Shown piece after piece: positions 1-12,180 of a DNA stretch of 64,000 nt (position 1 is the stretch's first letter; the number at the start of each line of letters is the position of its first letter). Made by a program: the position numbers and the translations under genes. This DNA is from Octopus bimaculoides. Lineage: Eukaryota. The stretch lies in assembly GCF_001194135.2 (NCBI RefSeq), contig NC_068989.1, positions 10,228,094 through 10,292,093 on the forward strand, read 5' to 3'. The notes under the pieces were generated by a model. It was not told where the DNA came from and did no database searches. It saw nothing but the letters and a program-made list of their open reading frames with translations.

Positions 1-215
1 AAACAAATGTAACTGTCATTCAAGCAGTGTCCTTTGTTCCAAATCTTCTGTGAAAACATTTCTGGTTATGGGGAAATATTACCTTACTTGGAAGCAGGTG
101 AGATTTGGCAACAGGAAGGGCATCCGGCCAAAGAAGATACAACAAATTTCCATCCGACCCATGCGAACATGGAAAAGTTGACGTAAAAACAATGATGATG
201 GAGACGATGATGATA
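1..215 (+). mobile_element. RTE-tailed short repeat, family E (3' part)
   Basis: caggaagggcatccggcc...acccatgcgaacatggaaaagttgacgtaaaaacaatgatgatg. Homologous copies at 11744, 14145 and 20120. Confidence 0.7.
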
Positions 216-703
216 TACACCGTACTTAATTTAAACATATGTCTATTCATTAATTGTCTTATGAATAACATAAATAACATAAGTATATTCTAAAGTTTTA
301 TGTCTTCCATATCATTCTTTAGTTTATCAGTCAATCATCTTATGAATAATGAAATTTTCATGTCTTTGATTGTGTTACACAAAGTGCAACATATTTAATT
401 GGAAAGGTTTGGCTTAGTAGATGATTAATTACACTAAAGTTAACTTGTTAAGTGACTGATGATTAAAAAAAACAAAATTATGATCATCATCATCATCGTC
501 ATTGTTTAACAGCTGCCTTCCATGCTAGCATGGAAATGGTTCAATAAAAGGCAACTATACTCTTCACTGTCACCACTTTACAACCACCACTGCCACCATC
601 TTCATTAACCAATTGCCCAATTGGTGATGCCACCACCACCACCACCCTAACACAAGTTCTCAGTGTATGATGAGTTGAGCCTACCATGTCCTATCCTGTA
701 AAA

Positions 704-705
<2 letters not shown>

Positions 706-745
<40 letters not shown>

Positions 746-834
746 CCTTTCAGCTATTCATTTAACCACATACCATAAGAGTATTTCCTTTCTCCTACTT
801 CAGACCACTACAGCATTCCCTTCTGCTGAACACA

Positions 835-869
<35 letters not shown>

Positions 870-895
870 CTCCCTTCAACTAACCATTTACCCTG
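706..895. repeat. Two (CT)n tracts, each followed by a similar ~30-bp tail (old local duplication, period ~125 bp)
   Basis: ctgcctttcctttcagctattcatttaacc versus ctgcctctcccttcaactaaccatttaccc. Confidence 0.5.
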
Positions 896-2554
896 ATATC
901 ATATGATAGGTACACAACCAAAATAATATAATAGATATTTATGTACATGGTAATCATTAGAAATGAAAATATTGGATTTAAAATATTTACATCCTCACTC
1001 CTTTTTCTTTTTTCTCCCACACTGTCTTTTTCTCATACAGTCTTACTTGCTCTCTGAGATGAAAGAGGAGTAGTAGACAATGAAAGTGTGCAAGAAACTG
1101 AATTTTAGAAATGAAAAAATTATGCACACCCAGTATGTAAGTTCAAACAAAAAAACCCGAATATAGACAACTTATTTGGGCCCTCACTGGTGAACCAAAG
1201 ATTCAGTAATGAGGTATTCTATTCATTAAAGGGCCACAAGAGACATTTTTGATTTATACATATATACCATATATATCATGGTTATCACAGTATTGACCAA
1301 ACCATCAGATGTTATATATCGCAAGTATGTATCTAACAAAATCTAAGTTCTACCCAGCTTTCATTAAACCAAAATTCTACCCACCAAATGGCTCATTCAA
1401 TAAGTTGAATCAGACAAGCATTTTACTTTCAAATATAACCTATCCAAGCTATAAAAAATTTAAACAAGAAGCAGTTATCCCAGTTACAAGGTCTCACAAA
1501 ATCAAACAATTCTTCAACCCGCTAAGAATTCAAATTATGTACNNNNNNNNNNNNNNNNNNNNNNNNNNNNNNNNNNNNNNNNNNNNNNNNNNNNNNNNNN
1601 NNNNNNNNNNNNNNNNNNNNNNNNNNNNNNNNNNNNNNNNNNNNNNNNNNNNNNNNNNNNNNNNNNNNNNNNNNNNNNNNNNNNNNNNNNNNNNNNNNNN
1701 NNNNNNNNNNNNNNNNNNNNNNNNNNNNNNNNNNNNNNNNNNNNNNNNNNNNNNNNNNNNNNNNNNNNNNNNNNNNNNNNNNNNNNNNNNNNNNNNNNNN
1801 NNNNNNNNNNNNNNNNNNNNNNNNNNNNNNNNNNNNNNNNNNNNNNNNNNNNNNNNNNNNNNNNNNNNNNNNNNNNNNNNNNNNNNNNNNNNNNNNNNNN
1901 NNNNNNNNNNNNNNNNNNNNNNNNNNNNNNNNNNNNNNNNNNNNNNNNNNNNNNNNNNNNNNNNNNNNNNNNNNNNNNNNNNNNNNNNNNNNNNNNNNNN
2001 NNNNNNNNNNNNNNNNNNNNNNNNNNNNNNNNNNNNNNNNNNNNNNNNNNNNNNNNNNNNNATAGTGCAGGCAAGGGTTGGGAAGGGAATAAGAAAAACA
2101 ACTGAGAAGGAAAACAGAGACATGCAAGATCGGAAACTAAAATGCTTTACTATTGAGAGGAAGTAGAGAATATAGAAAGTCCTTATTACAACAGAATAAA
2201 AGCTAGTCTGATATTATTTTATCTTGATCGTCTATTAAGAGAAAATAGCGTTACAAAGTTAAATTAGTGTTGGGATATTAAATTCAGGGATTACTTAAGC
2301 AAATTAGAAACAATTATGCTGTGAGGAAAATATAATATTACTCAATGACAAACGTTATTTTAATTATTCCCTCAAGTACCAGAGACAACTCTGAACATCT
2401 TTTAGTTTTATTAGACATTTTTTTTTTCTTTAAGGAAGCAGATACTTCACCTTACTGGGCAAAATAATATTGAGAGAATCACTAAGTATATGTACAATGC
2501 TGTACACTAGGTGGGGCTGAAAATGGGTATATTTTAGAGAATATTCAAGATGCT

Positions 2555-2787
2555 CTTCATCATCATCGTCATTTAATGTCTGTTTTCCATTCTGGCATGG
2601 GTTGAACAATTTGGCAGGGGACGGAAAGCCAGGAGACCACACCAAGTTCTGCTGTTTATATAGGCATGGTTTCTATGGCCAGATGCCCTTTCCTACTCTT
2701 AACAACTTTACAGAGTGGACTGGGCGCTTTTCAACATGGCACCAGCAGCAGTGAGGTCACTAAGTAACTTGCAAGACTGAGGGTAGT
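2555..2787 (-). mobile_element. RTE-tailed short repeat, family C (diverged)
   Basis: (cat)n tail followed by tttaatgtctgttttccattctggcatgggttg...ggccagatgccctttcct. Confidence 0.65.
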
Positions 2788-2916
2788 NNNNNNNNNNGGG
2801 GGGGGGGGTAACATCAAGGGCTTTGTACCAGGTGATGAGAGGGTAAAAGAATAACAGAGCAACAGAGATAGGTGCCTTAATGTAGAGGAGATACATGGCA
2901 ACCTCTGTTGGAAAAG

Positions 2917-3129
2917 GAGAGAGAGAGAGGATGAGAGAGAGGATGAGAGAGAGGATGAGAGAGAGAGAGAGGATGAGAGAGAGAGAGAGGATGACAGAGA
3001 GAGAGAGAGGATGACAGAGAGAGAGAGAGGATGAGAGAGAGAGAGAGAGAGGATGAGNNNNNNNNNNNNNNNNNNNNNNNNNNNNNNNNNNNNNNNNNNN
3101 NNNNNNNNNNNNNNNNNNNNNNNNNNNNN

Positions 3130-3195
<66 letters not shown>
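2917..3195. repeat. (GA)n tract with periodic GGAT interruptions, spanning an N-gap
   Basis: Seen directly; source of the SLSL/RERE ORFs. Confidence 0.95.
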
Positions 3196-3199
<4 letters not shown>

Positions 3200-4142
3200 A
3201 TAACAAACAGTAACATCGATTTTGTGTAATGTTTAGAGACATATTTTCAAAGAAAGTATTCACACACACACACAAGCAAAATCATAAATAGTTGTGTTGA
3301 AAACTAAATTTTACAAAAGTTATGTGTGACAGGAGATTTATCATGTCTCATAGCATAAATAAAGATTGTTTAAATCACCAGTTTTGTCTGGTATGAATCC
3401 CTCTTTATCATATAGCATTAACATGAGGACACAAGAACACACCAAACATACAGTGCAACAGAAGTTAGATGAAAAACTAAAGCCACCTATGACAGAAAAG
3501 CTTTCAAATCAATGATAAAGTACCGTTAATAGCAGTGCAAAATATACTAATGATATTGTGAGGATGTCCTCTTAAATCTTGATATAAAAAAATTATATTT
3601 ATGAGGTGATTTGATATGAATCTATAATTAAAATTTAAGAGGAAAATACGTTTCAAAAATCTTAAATTATAAATCATATGTCTTATTCAAAAATCTGGAA
3701 AGACTAAATGAACAAATTTGAGTTCTTAAAGATGTAGTAATATAGAATAAAACTTACAAACAAAAGAAAACTTTAATATATGCATATGTACATCTCCCTC
3801 CTTCCACCACCCTCTCCCTTCCTCTCTCTCTCTCTATTTATCTATCTATCTCTCTTTTAGTTATTCTACTCTAAACATTATTCAAACAAATTACTCAAAA
3901 TTATCACAGTCTATTTCTAAGGCAAAGAAGATATTGCTGCTGTTAAGAAATTAAGTTACTAAACCACTTATCCAGATGTGTTAGATTCACATTCTAACAA
4001 TGGAATTACTGTATTGTAAACTGAATAAAACTATATAACCAAGTCGCGCATCACAAAAGAATCCTGAATTCATACACTGTACATTCAAATTTACATAAAT
4101 ACCCCAGCTGTGGAAAGATGGAGGCCTCTCTCTCTATATATA

Positions 4143-4407
4143 TCATCATCATCGTTTAACGTCCGCCTTCCATGCTAGCATGGGTTGGACAATTTGACTG
4201 AGGACTGGTGAACCAGATGGCCACACCAGGCTCCAATCTGATCTGGCAGAGTTTCTACAGCTGGATGCCCTTCCTAACGCCAACCACTCCAAGAGTGTAG
4301 TGGGTGTTTTTACGTGCCACCGGCACGAAGGCCAGTCAGGCAGTACTGGCAACAGCCACACTCAAAATGGTGTATTTTACGTGCCACCTGCACAGGAGTC
4401 AGTCCAG
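4143..4407 (-). mobile_element. RTE-tailed short repeat, family C
   Basis: catcatcatcgtttaacgtccgccttccatgctagcatgggttggac...ctggatgcccttcctaacgccaaccact...; ends at an N-gap. Confidence 0.85.
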
Positions 4408-4475
4408 NNNNNNNNNNNNNNNNNNNNNNNNNNNNNNNNNNNNNNNNNNNNNNNNNNNNNNNNNNNNNNNNNNNN

Positions 4476-4510
<35 letters not shown>

Positions 4511-4686
4511 GTTTTAGGGAAAATAACCAATTTTCAAGAACTCATCAATGAAAATCCACTATCACATATAGAAAAATTAATAATTAAAAGCACAATAATA
4601 TAAGGCTCAATTTAATTTTAATTTTTTATAAATTGATTTTAATTGAGTTTTTTACCTGTAATTTTGGATTTTGTCCCTAATATTAT

Positions 4687-4733
<47 letters not shown>

Positions 4734-5380
4734 TACATCCAAGTCATGGGCAAACTGCAGCCCATTTGTCTTTTTGAATGGTGCCCCTAATTTAGTGAGG
4801 AAAAATTATGTTTATTAAAATTATGATTCTTTCATTTCATCCTCACTAGTTCATTCTTACTCTTTCTCACTCAAAGAGGATTGGAGAGGCTAGTGTCAAA
4901 GAGATGCAATTATTTAAATGCTTAACTAACCTCTTTTACTTATTAATGCCTGTTATGTTGTGGGGACACCAATCATGAAACTGAAAATATTTGCAATTGT
5001 CCATCATTCATGTAATTTTCAAAGTGCCTCAGAGTCAATTTACAGCCATCCAAACATTCAAGAGCCTTAAACTGGCTTCTCTACTCAGGACACAACATCA
5101 ACAAATGAAAATTATTGATATAATGTTCAACTTCTGTTTGCGTCACATATAACAACTTTGTGAGAATTCAGCAACTGTACCTACAAGTGTGTATTGTATA
5201 GCATTGTCAATCCTGATTGACAACACTTTCTTTTCAAAATGCAAGTGTGCAAAACTATACTACATGATATGCATGTGTGGTCACAATCACTGAATTATCA
5301 CAAGTTGTTATAAGCAGTGGAAAGAGATATTAAATCAATAAATATTTTTTTAAAGTTTTGATTCCTGATATCACAGCCTC

Positions 5381-7113
5381 ATGGCTTCATCCACACACAA
5401 AAAAAAAGACTTCTGAAGAAATGAGAAAATTCCAGGGAAAGTAGACAAATGATTACTTCTTTGTTGAAGTAACAATAAAAAGAAAAGAAACAGATTAATG
5501 TGTTGAATATGTTATAAATCCATCACTGCTTTTAAGGAATTTAATGTTTATCAGCATTATGCTTCAAACTATTTGCCTCATGATAAATTTAAAGGAGATA
5601 TTAGATCACAAAAATTGAAACCCTCAAGAAACAGAACAATAACCTAAATACACTCTTTTGCTAAAAGGCAGGTAGAATTCAAAGAAATTGTACATACAGG
5701 CAAAAAAGTTAACAAAAATGTTAAATTCAAAAATTTATTCTGATGGTTAATTTGTAAAAAGAAATGTCTTTTGGCAGTGACTGAACTTTTATGCCTGGAT
5801 AACTTAAATATGTTTGACATGATTAGCTTGTCTTACGAGACAATAAGACTGGTTGAAGATATTGCTACAGATATCAAGGGTATGCTGTCAGGAAAAAAAT
5901 AAGAAACTTTGATTCTTTTTCACAGGTAATTGACAAAAGCACAGATATATCCAATTCAGCCCAACTGATAATTTTCATATGCGGCATTGATAAATCATTT
6001 AATATCACTGAAGACTCATTTACTGTTCAGACAAAGAAAGACGCCATTACAGAATATAACATTTGTAAAGAAGTGAAGAAGTAACGATGAAGTTTAATCT
6101 CCCATTTGAAAGGCTCCTCAATGAAGCAACAGACAGGGCCCCAACAACAGTTGATAAGATAGGCTTTCCATCCACATTTAAAAGATAAATTAACTTCTTT
6201 GAATTTAGTAAATAGTGACTTTGCAACAATTCATTGCATCAAGAAAATTCATGGGCAATGTTTGTAAAATTTGAAAATGTTATGAATGCAGTCATTTCAG
6301 CCATAAATTTTATAAAATCTCAAGCACTTAACTATCACCAGTGTAAAGAGTTCTTACAACTTGAATTGAAGTATATCAATCTGGTTTACTATTCTACATC
6401 TTATTGATTAAGTAAAGGGGAGATGTTTTATAGCTTCAGAGAAGAGGATGCACCATCTTAGAAAGGAAAGATAAATTTGTTCCCAAGCTGAAGGATAATA
6501 ACTGGATTTGTCTCCTTGCATTTCTCACAGATATCATTACCCTTTTTTTAATTATCTCAGCTTAAAATTGTAAAAACAAAATCAGCTGAAACATGAGACG
6601 TATTTTCAAGTCAAAGCTTTTGAAACAGAACTTCAAATTTTGGGAGAATTAACACCAGTCTGGTGATACTTTCCATTTCTCAATACTAGCCAATCACATC
6701 CGATCTGGATAACACAGCTTCACTATGGAGTTAAATGAGTTGAAAAAAGAATTCAATACCAGATTTAAGGGCTTCAACGCCAGAGAAGCTGATTTTAACC
6801 TTTTTGGAAATCTATTTAATGCTGATGTTGATAAAAAAAAAAATAGCACAAAAGGAACTGCAAATGGAAATAATTGAGCTTCAGAAAAATGAATTTCTTC
6901 AGCAAAAATTTGAAGACAAATGTTTGTTGCAGTTCTATGGAACTCTTCCTGAAGAAAACTAACCCAAAATGGTGTGCTTGGCTAAAGATAGGTCATCATA
7001 TTTGGCAGCTGATATAATGCGTTTAAGTCAAGATTGACAGATATTCATCTCAAAGACAATTTACAAGTTGCAACATTGCAAATATCTTTAAATATTGGAA
7101 AAGTTATAATTAA
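5381..7113 (+). pseudogene. Degraded hAT transposase (SPIN/Buster/GTF2IRD2-EPM2AIP1 type)
   Basis: Conceptual translation across stops and frameshifts gives MASST..RKFQGK*TNDYFFVEV, ICYKSITAFKEFNVYQHY, IDKSTDISNSAQLIIFICGIDKSFNITED (DESTD motif), ATDRAP (TDGAP), ENVMNAVISAINFIKSQALNYHQCKEFL, Y*LSKGE (RWLSRG), WICLLAFLTDI, KELQMEIIELQ and KSRLTDIHLKD. The CEQxFS segment appears deleted. Confidence 0.9.
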
Positions 7114-7611
7114 AAAAAAAAAGTGCAACGCAACAAAGTTTCTAAGATTTGCAAGTAATTTTTTTTCTATTTACATCAATAATGAATGAATAATTAATAT
7201 GATGTTTCTAGTCTGTATTTTTTCAGGCAATATTTTAACTGTTCTCTGTGGTTCAGTCAGATTATTTTCCTCATTTGTGCTGCTCATTTTTTTCACAGCA
7301 TTTTGGTCATTATGCCCCATCCGACTTGTCAGGCCATGTTAATTTGTTTTTCAATTTCTTTCTTTGCAGTTGGCTCCTTTTAATCAAGTCCCCATTTTCC
7401 CCCACCTCCAGTACCATACATTGAAACAGTTCAACTAAATTGAGTCTTGTAACCTTGCAGCATTTGTAGCATTTTAAACCAGAGGCAATTTTCACTAAGG
7501 AACATCTTTTGCAAAGAACATTCAAAATAATTTATTTTCTCTGGAATTTTTTTCTTTTAAAACAATTTTTGTTTTAGTTAAATTTATTTGCCAACAGAAT
7601 GTGGCAGTCCT

Positions 7612-7802
7612 ATACAAGGACGATGTTACTGTTGTTTAGCCCCAGGAAAAATCTTTTCCAGCTGGCTATCGACACACAGTTTGTGTCCATATAGTATAAG
7701 CAAGGGAGGTCATCGCTCGCATCTCTAGCCTTCGTGATGCTCACAGACCCAGGTTTCTGGGTTGTTTCCCGTTCTCGGTGCGAGATAATCATAGGCTGTA
7801 TA
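7612..7802 (-). mobile_element. Interspersed repeat fragment with a ggggctaaacaac-type 3' tail
   Basis: The minus-strand end cctggggctaaacaacag resembles the end at ~53850-53880 (agggctgacatgagcctaaataacaacaa). Family not identified. Confidence 0.35.
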
Positions 7803-7811
7803 GCCAAATTA

Positions 7812-8025
7812 ATAAAGTGGTTTCAAATTTTGGGACAAGGCCAGCAATTTTGATCAAGGGGTTAAGTTACTTACATTAACCTCAGGTACTTATTTTATTG
7901 ACCCCTAAAGGATGAAGGATAAAGTTGACCTTAGCAGAATTTGAACTCAAAATGTAAAAGACAGACAAAATGCCATTAAGCATTTTGCCCGGCTTGCTAA
8001 CAGATCGGCCAACTTGCTGCATTAG
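7812..8025 (-). mobile_element. tRNA-headed SINE, family B (diverged)
   Basis: gacccctaaaggatgaaggataaagttgaccttagcagaatttgaactc; homologous to 28122, 36172 and 40324. Confidence 0.75.
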
Positions 8026-9327
8026 TCAAATTTAATAAATTAATAACAAATTTTACTAATTTTCATGTAAACTACTACGTTAACAATCTTTCAATTTAAA
8101 AGTGACCAATGAAATTATTTAATGGTCAGATTGTTAAATGTACCTCTGTGATTTAAAAAGAAAAAGTTTGGGTAAAATTTTGATCCATGGATTATGAAAA
8201 TATTCAATTTTTTCTTCAATACATGGATCATACAGATATTCACATTTAACACACTGATTTTTCAAGTATTCATTGTTTGTTTTTTTTTTCTTTTTATAAT
8301 TCCATAGTGTGTTATGGCAGCAGCATTTGTTAATCATGCAGTCATCAGTACAATTACCAGGACTGATTTCTTTTTTAATTATAGAAAAAAAAGTTTTTTC
8401 TCTGAAGAAGGGGGGAAAAAACTCAATTTTCCCCCATTTCTAAGGCAGATACTTATGTACATGGTCTTCTGTAGTGAAAATGACTGAGTTGCCTTCAATG
8501 AAAAATTACCTTAAATTCATTTTAGCAGTACAGCCTGCCATGCAGCACACCGCTCATAAAAGGTTGCCCATACCTGCTAAATACAAGGGACTTGCTATCA
8601 CATTAGGATCCTTAGCTATTGGATAAATCAACATTTATCTCTTGAAAGATAGCAACATTTCTGTGCTGATATTATAGCCTTGTTAATTTACAAATCTCAT
8701 TCATACCATAGCAAGGTGACGTATGAGAATTTGAGGCATATTCTCATGGATTCAATCTAAAGCAGGAATATATTTGTTGACTAAGCAGTTACTCTTCCAT
8801 TCACACGGAATTATTTTGATCAAATAATGATTAGAATACTACACAATACTTAAGCACAAAAAGAGATTTGCTTTAGAAAGATGAAAATAACAGGAAGTGT
8901 AGCTCATTAACCATAAACTTCCTCGTCTTATCATACTCAAGCTGTATTTAATGAGTAGCTATAATGAGCAGTTGAGCAGTTCATAGTTCAAATATGCTCG
9001 TTATATCAACTGTGATCAAAATGAATTAAGAAATTTTAAAGCAGTAATCTTGATGCAATGATTACACAAGACTAATGAAAAGAAGTAGGTCCCAAAGTTG
9101 GATAGTTATCTACTTGGGAGATCTCAGAACATTTACTTTGCTGTAATAAAAGCATATCACTAATCTTACTTAATAGTAATCTCTTTAGATTACAATCTAC
9201 TGAAGACCACTGCTAGTTCTATAAACCTTTCATTTTAAAGTAATCAATTTGCTTATTTATCCTAATTAATTTTGAAAATAATCAAGAATTTGGAGGGATT
9301 GTATAAAGCAATTTTCTTTTTACATTA

Positions 9328-9866
9328 TTAACCCTTTAGCATTCAGATTGTTGTGTCTAATGTAATGCTTATTTATTCACATTGTTTTAAATTACTCATG
9401 CATTTTTGTTTTGAGATTTCGATGATGTGCTTGTTTATTTTTGGAATAACATTGTATGTCGTTGTTTGTTCCTTCTCAAGCCATGCCTGGCTCATAAGGG
9501 CCAGTTTCCCCAGTTTTATTCGTGTATAGGTTCTTCACCTGGATGGGACGCCAGTCCATTGCAGGTGAGCTGCTAAATGCAGGAGGAAAGACTGATAGTT
9601 GTGGCAAAAGAGTCAGCAGAAGTTTGCCATTACTTTCTGCCAGAGCTGCATGGAGCTTAGGTGTTTCGCTCATAAACATACACATCACCTGGTCTGAGGT
9701 TTGAAACTGTGATCTCTCAACCGCAAGTCCACTGCTCTAACCACTAGACCATGTGTCTCCACTAACTTTATATGGTCAGTGTGAAAGGCTGAATATGGTC
9801 AGTCTGTACTTATAACAAATGGAGCATTTGGGCCAGACATGGACAGTTTAAATGCTAAAGGGTTAA
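9328..9866. mobile_element. piggyBac-like MITE (TTAA-CCCTTTAGCATT ends) interrupted by a SINE
   Basis: ttaaccctttagcatt at 9328 and aatgctaaagggttaa ending at 9866. Confidence 0.85.
9463..9761 (-). mobile_element. tRNA-headed SINE with a family-D head and a different 3' body
   Basis: Minus strand tggtctagtggttagagcagtggacttgcggttg...cctgcaatggactggcgtcccatccagg...gaaggaacaaacaac; degenerate TSD aacattgtatg/aactttatatg. Confidence 0.8.
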
Positions 9867-11134
9867 GCCAATGTTTGGAACAAAAGGTTCCTTACATAAA
9901 ATTATGATGAAAAGTTTTAATTGTAAATACTTTGAAACAGGTAATTTTTATATCATGGAAGCAGAAGCAAATTTTAAATGGGTCAATATCAAAAGGATTA
10001 AGTTAATATCTCACATCATAATTTTGTATCAGATTCTATTAAGTAATATTTTAACCCTCACTGTGTTGATTAAATTTTTGCATGATAACAAGGTGATGCA
10101 ACAAGCAAATCAATTTTTGGCAACCTCTTTCTATTGGCCAGAAGAAATAAAATGTGCATACCACGTCATATGTAATGTGAAGAATTACAGAAAGTACCCC
10201 ACTATTGAAAACAAGTTAACTTGGTTCCTGTGTCTTAAGCGCACACACATGAACCAAGAATATTTGGTTCCTATGCAGTAAAAGACTGGCTTGATTAAGT
10301 ATTGTTAGTTATTTTAATAAATCCCTCCAAATTTTTGTATAGTCTAAAATTTAACTGAAATATAGAAGCAGTGTACTTTACAAGAAACATAGGCTAGCAA
10401 AGGTTAAACATAAATAAGATATATTTTATTCCTAGATGGACTTAAACCCTTTTCAAAGAATCATCACATTTAAAAGATTGGGAACCGTTGCCTTAGAGTT
10501 ATTATATAAATTAATGAAGGTTAATTGAGTGAAACATTACAAACCAGCAAACACTAGAAAAATGAAATTTCTGTGTGTGAGAGTGAAGATAATCTGATAG
10601 TGGTTAACATATAAAGAAGCCATTTTGTTTGTGGTTTAATTTCAGACATCATGCTAGGATACTGCTATATTTAAGTTTTTTAAAAACAAGTTTACAAACT
10701 CCAATGTTGGGAAAATACCAACACTTTCCCCCATTTCTATTGGTTCAAAGGAGAAAAAAATAGTTCATTGTTATTACCATCCTCAGTTGTGATGTTACTT
10801 CCTCTATATTTCACTACATAAACCTATTGATTTATGCTCTTTGGTCCTCTTAAACAAGCAGCAAAAAGACGATTCTTGAAAACAGACCTAATACATAAAC
10901 AATACTGAGAGTATTGTTTATTCATCAGAAATTTTTTAAGCATTTCCATTTGAAAAAGGTTATCTTTTGCTTATATACTGGTCTTTACTGACCAACACAT
11001 ATTCCACTTACATTCTGACATTTCAGAATGGAACACATGAACAGTAGCTATAGAATTAGAAAGTCTATGGGGATATATCTTATCAAAGAAAAAGCGATAC
11101 AAGAATAAAACTATAAATTTTCATCCATTCTCCA

Positions 11135-11210
<76 letters not shown>

Positions 11211-11743
11211 AGAGTTCTCATCCTATAGACTCATTAAGTCTAAATATCTGCCATGGTCTTGAACTTCTGTTTGCAGGTTATCACTAATCTTTTCTTCCAA
11301 TATCTATTAATAGTGGTCCTGTAGAGCGGGTGTTTAAATATATTTGTGATATAATCCCAATTCCCTTCCTTCTTTCATTTAAATTTCTTTCTGCTTGAGA
11401 GAATAAGATCAGATGTACTCCATTATTACTGATAAACAACAGTACACAAGTCTAAATCAACACAAAGAGTAATTAGGAAACATTTTGGAGCAACAAAGGT
11501 GATCTACTTCATATGTGTAATGGGATTAGTAATAGTATTACAATAGAGAGTAATGGAATCGGTAATGGCACAACAATAGACATTCGTAACGTCTGTGGAA
11601 AGTTCAGAGGGTTTCTAGACAAGAGAGTTTTCTCTTTGTATATAGAAATGATTCCATAAATCACATATAAAAGATATTAATTGGCAGTGAAATGAAACAA
11701 AGAGGTACGGTAAAATTTAGACAGAAAGGTGTGAATGCATGCA

Positions 11744-12180
11744 TGTCATCATCATCATCATCATCATTTAACATCCACTTTTTTATGCTTGCATGGTTCA
11801 GAAGGAATTTGTTGAGGCAGATTGGCAGATTTTTCTATGGCTGAATGCCCTTCCTGCACCAAAACCTTTGTTTCTAAGCAAAATAATATTTTCCCATGAC
11901 CAGGTGACATGGTTTACATGCAAGACTGGAAACAAACAATATTGCTTGTTTGACAGTGATGCTTGTATTTCAACCATCATGTTATATCAAAACAAAGGTG
12001 TACACACACACACACACACACGCTTCTTTCAGTTTCCATCTACCACAAGTCTTTGGTTGAGCAGGAGCTATAGTAGAAGGCACTAGCCCAACGTGGTGCA
12101 CAGTGGAATAGAACCCAAGACCACATGGTTGAGAACCAAGTTTCTCAACCACACAGCTACACTTGGACCTAGCCACACCT
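11744..12180 (-). mobile_element. Family E repeat joined through (CA)n to a family A 5' half
   Basis: (cat)n tail at ~11745 and the family E body, then tttcagtttccatctacc...ccacacagc. Confidence 0.75.

Larger units (their letters stand above)
4740..8576 (+). mobile_element. Probable full extent of the fossil hAT element, with later insertions
   Basis: Left end caagtcatgggcaaactgcagccc (4740) and right end aggttgcccatacctg (8561-8576, reverse complement CAGGTATGGGCAACCT) resemble hAT TIRs. No matching 8-bp TSD is visible because the left flank is a microsatellite. Confidence 0.5.

Noticed and set aside
1309-2166. Long ORFs of 188-285 aa here and at 22219-23161
   Set aside because: They are open only because they run through N-gaps.
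9871-10281. 136-aa ORF, the longest non-repetitive one
   Set aside because: AT-rich with no recognisable motif, and it lies antisense within an intron; a plausible chance ORF.
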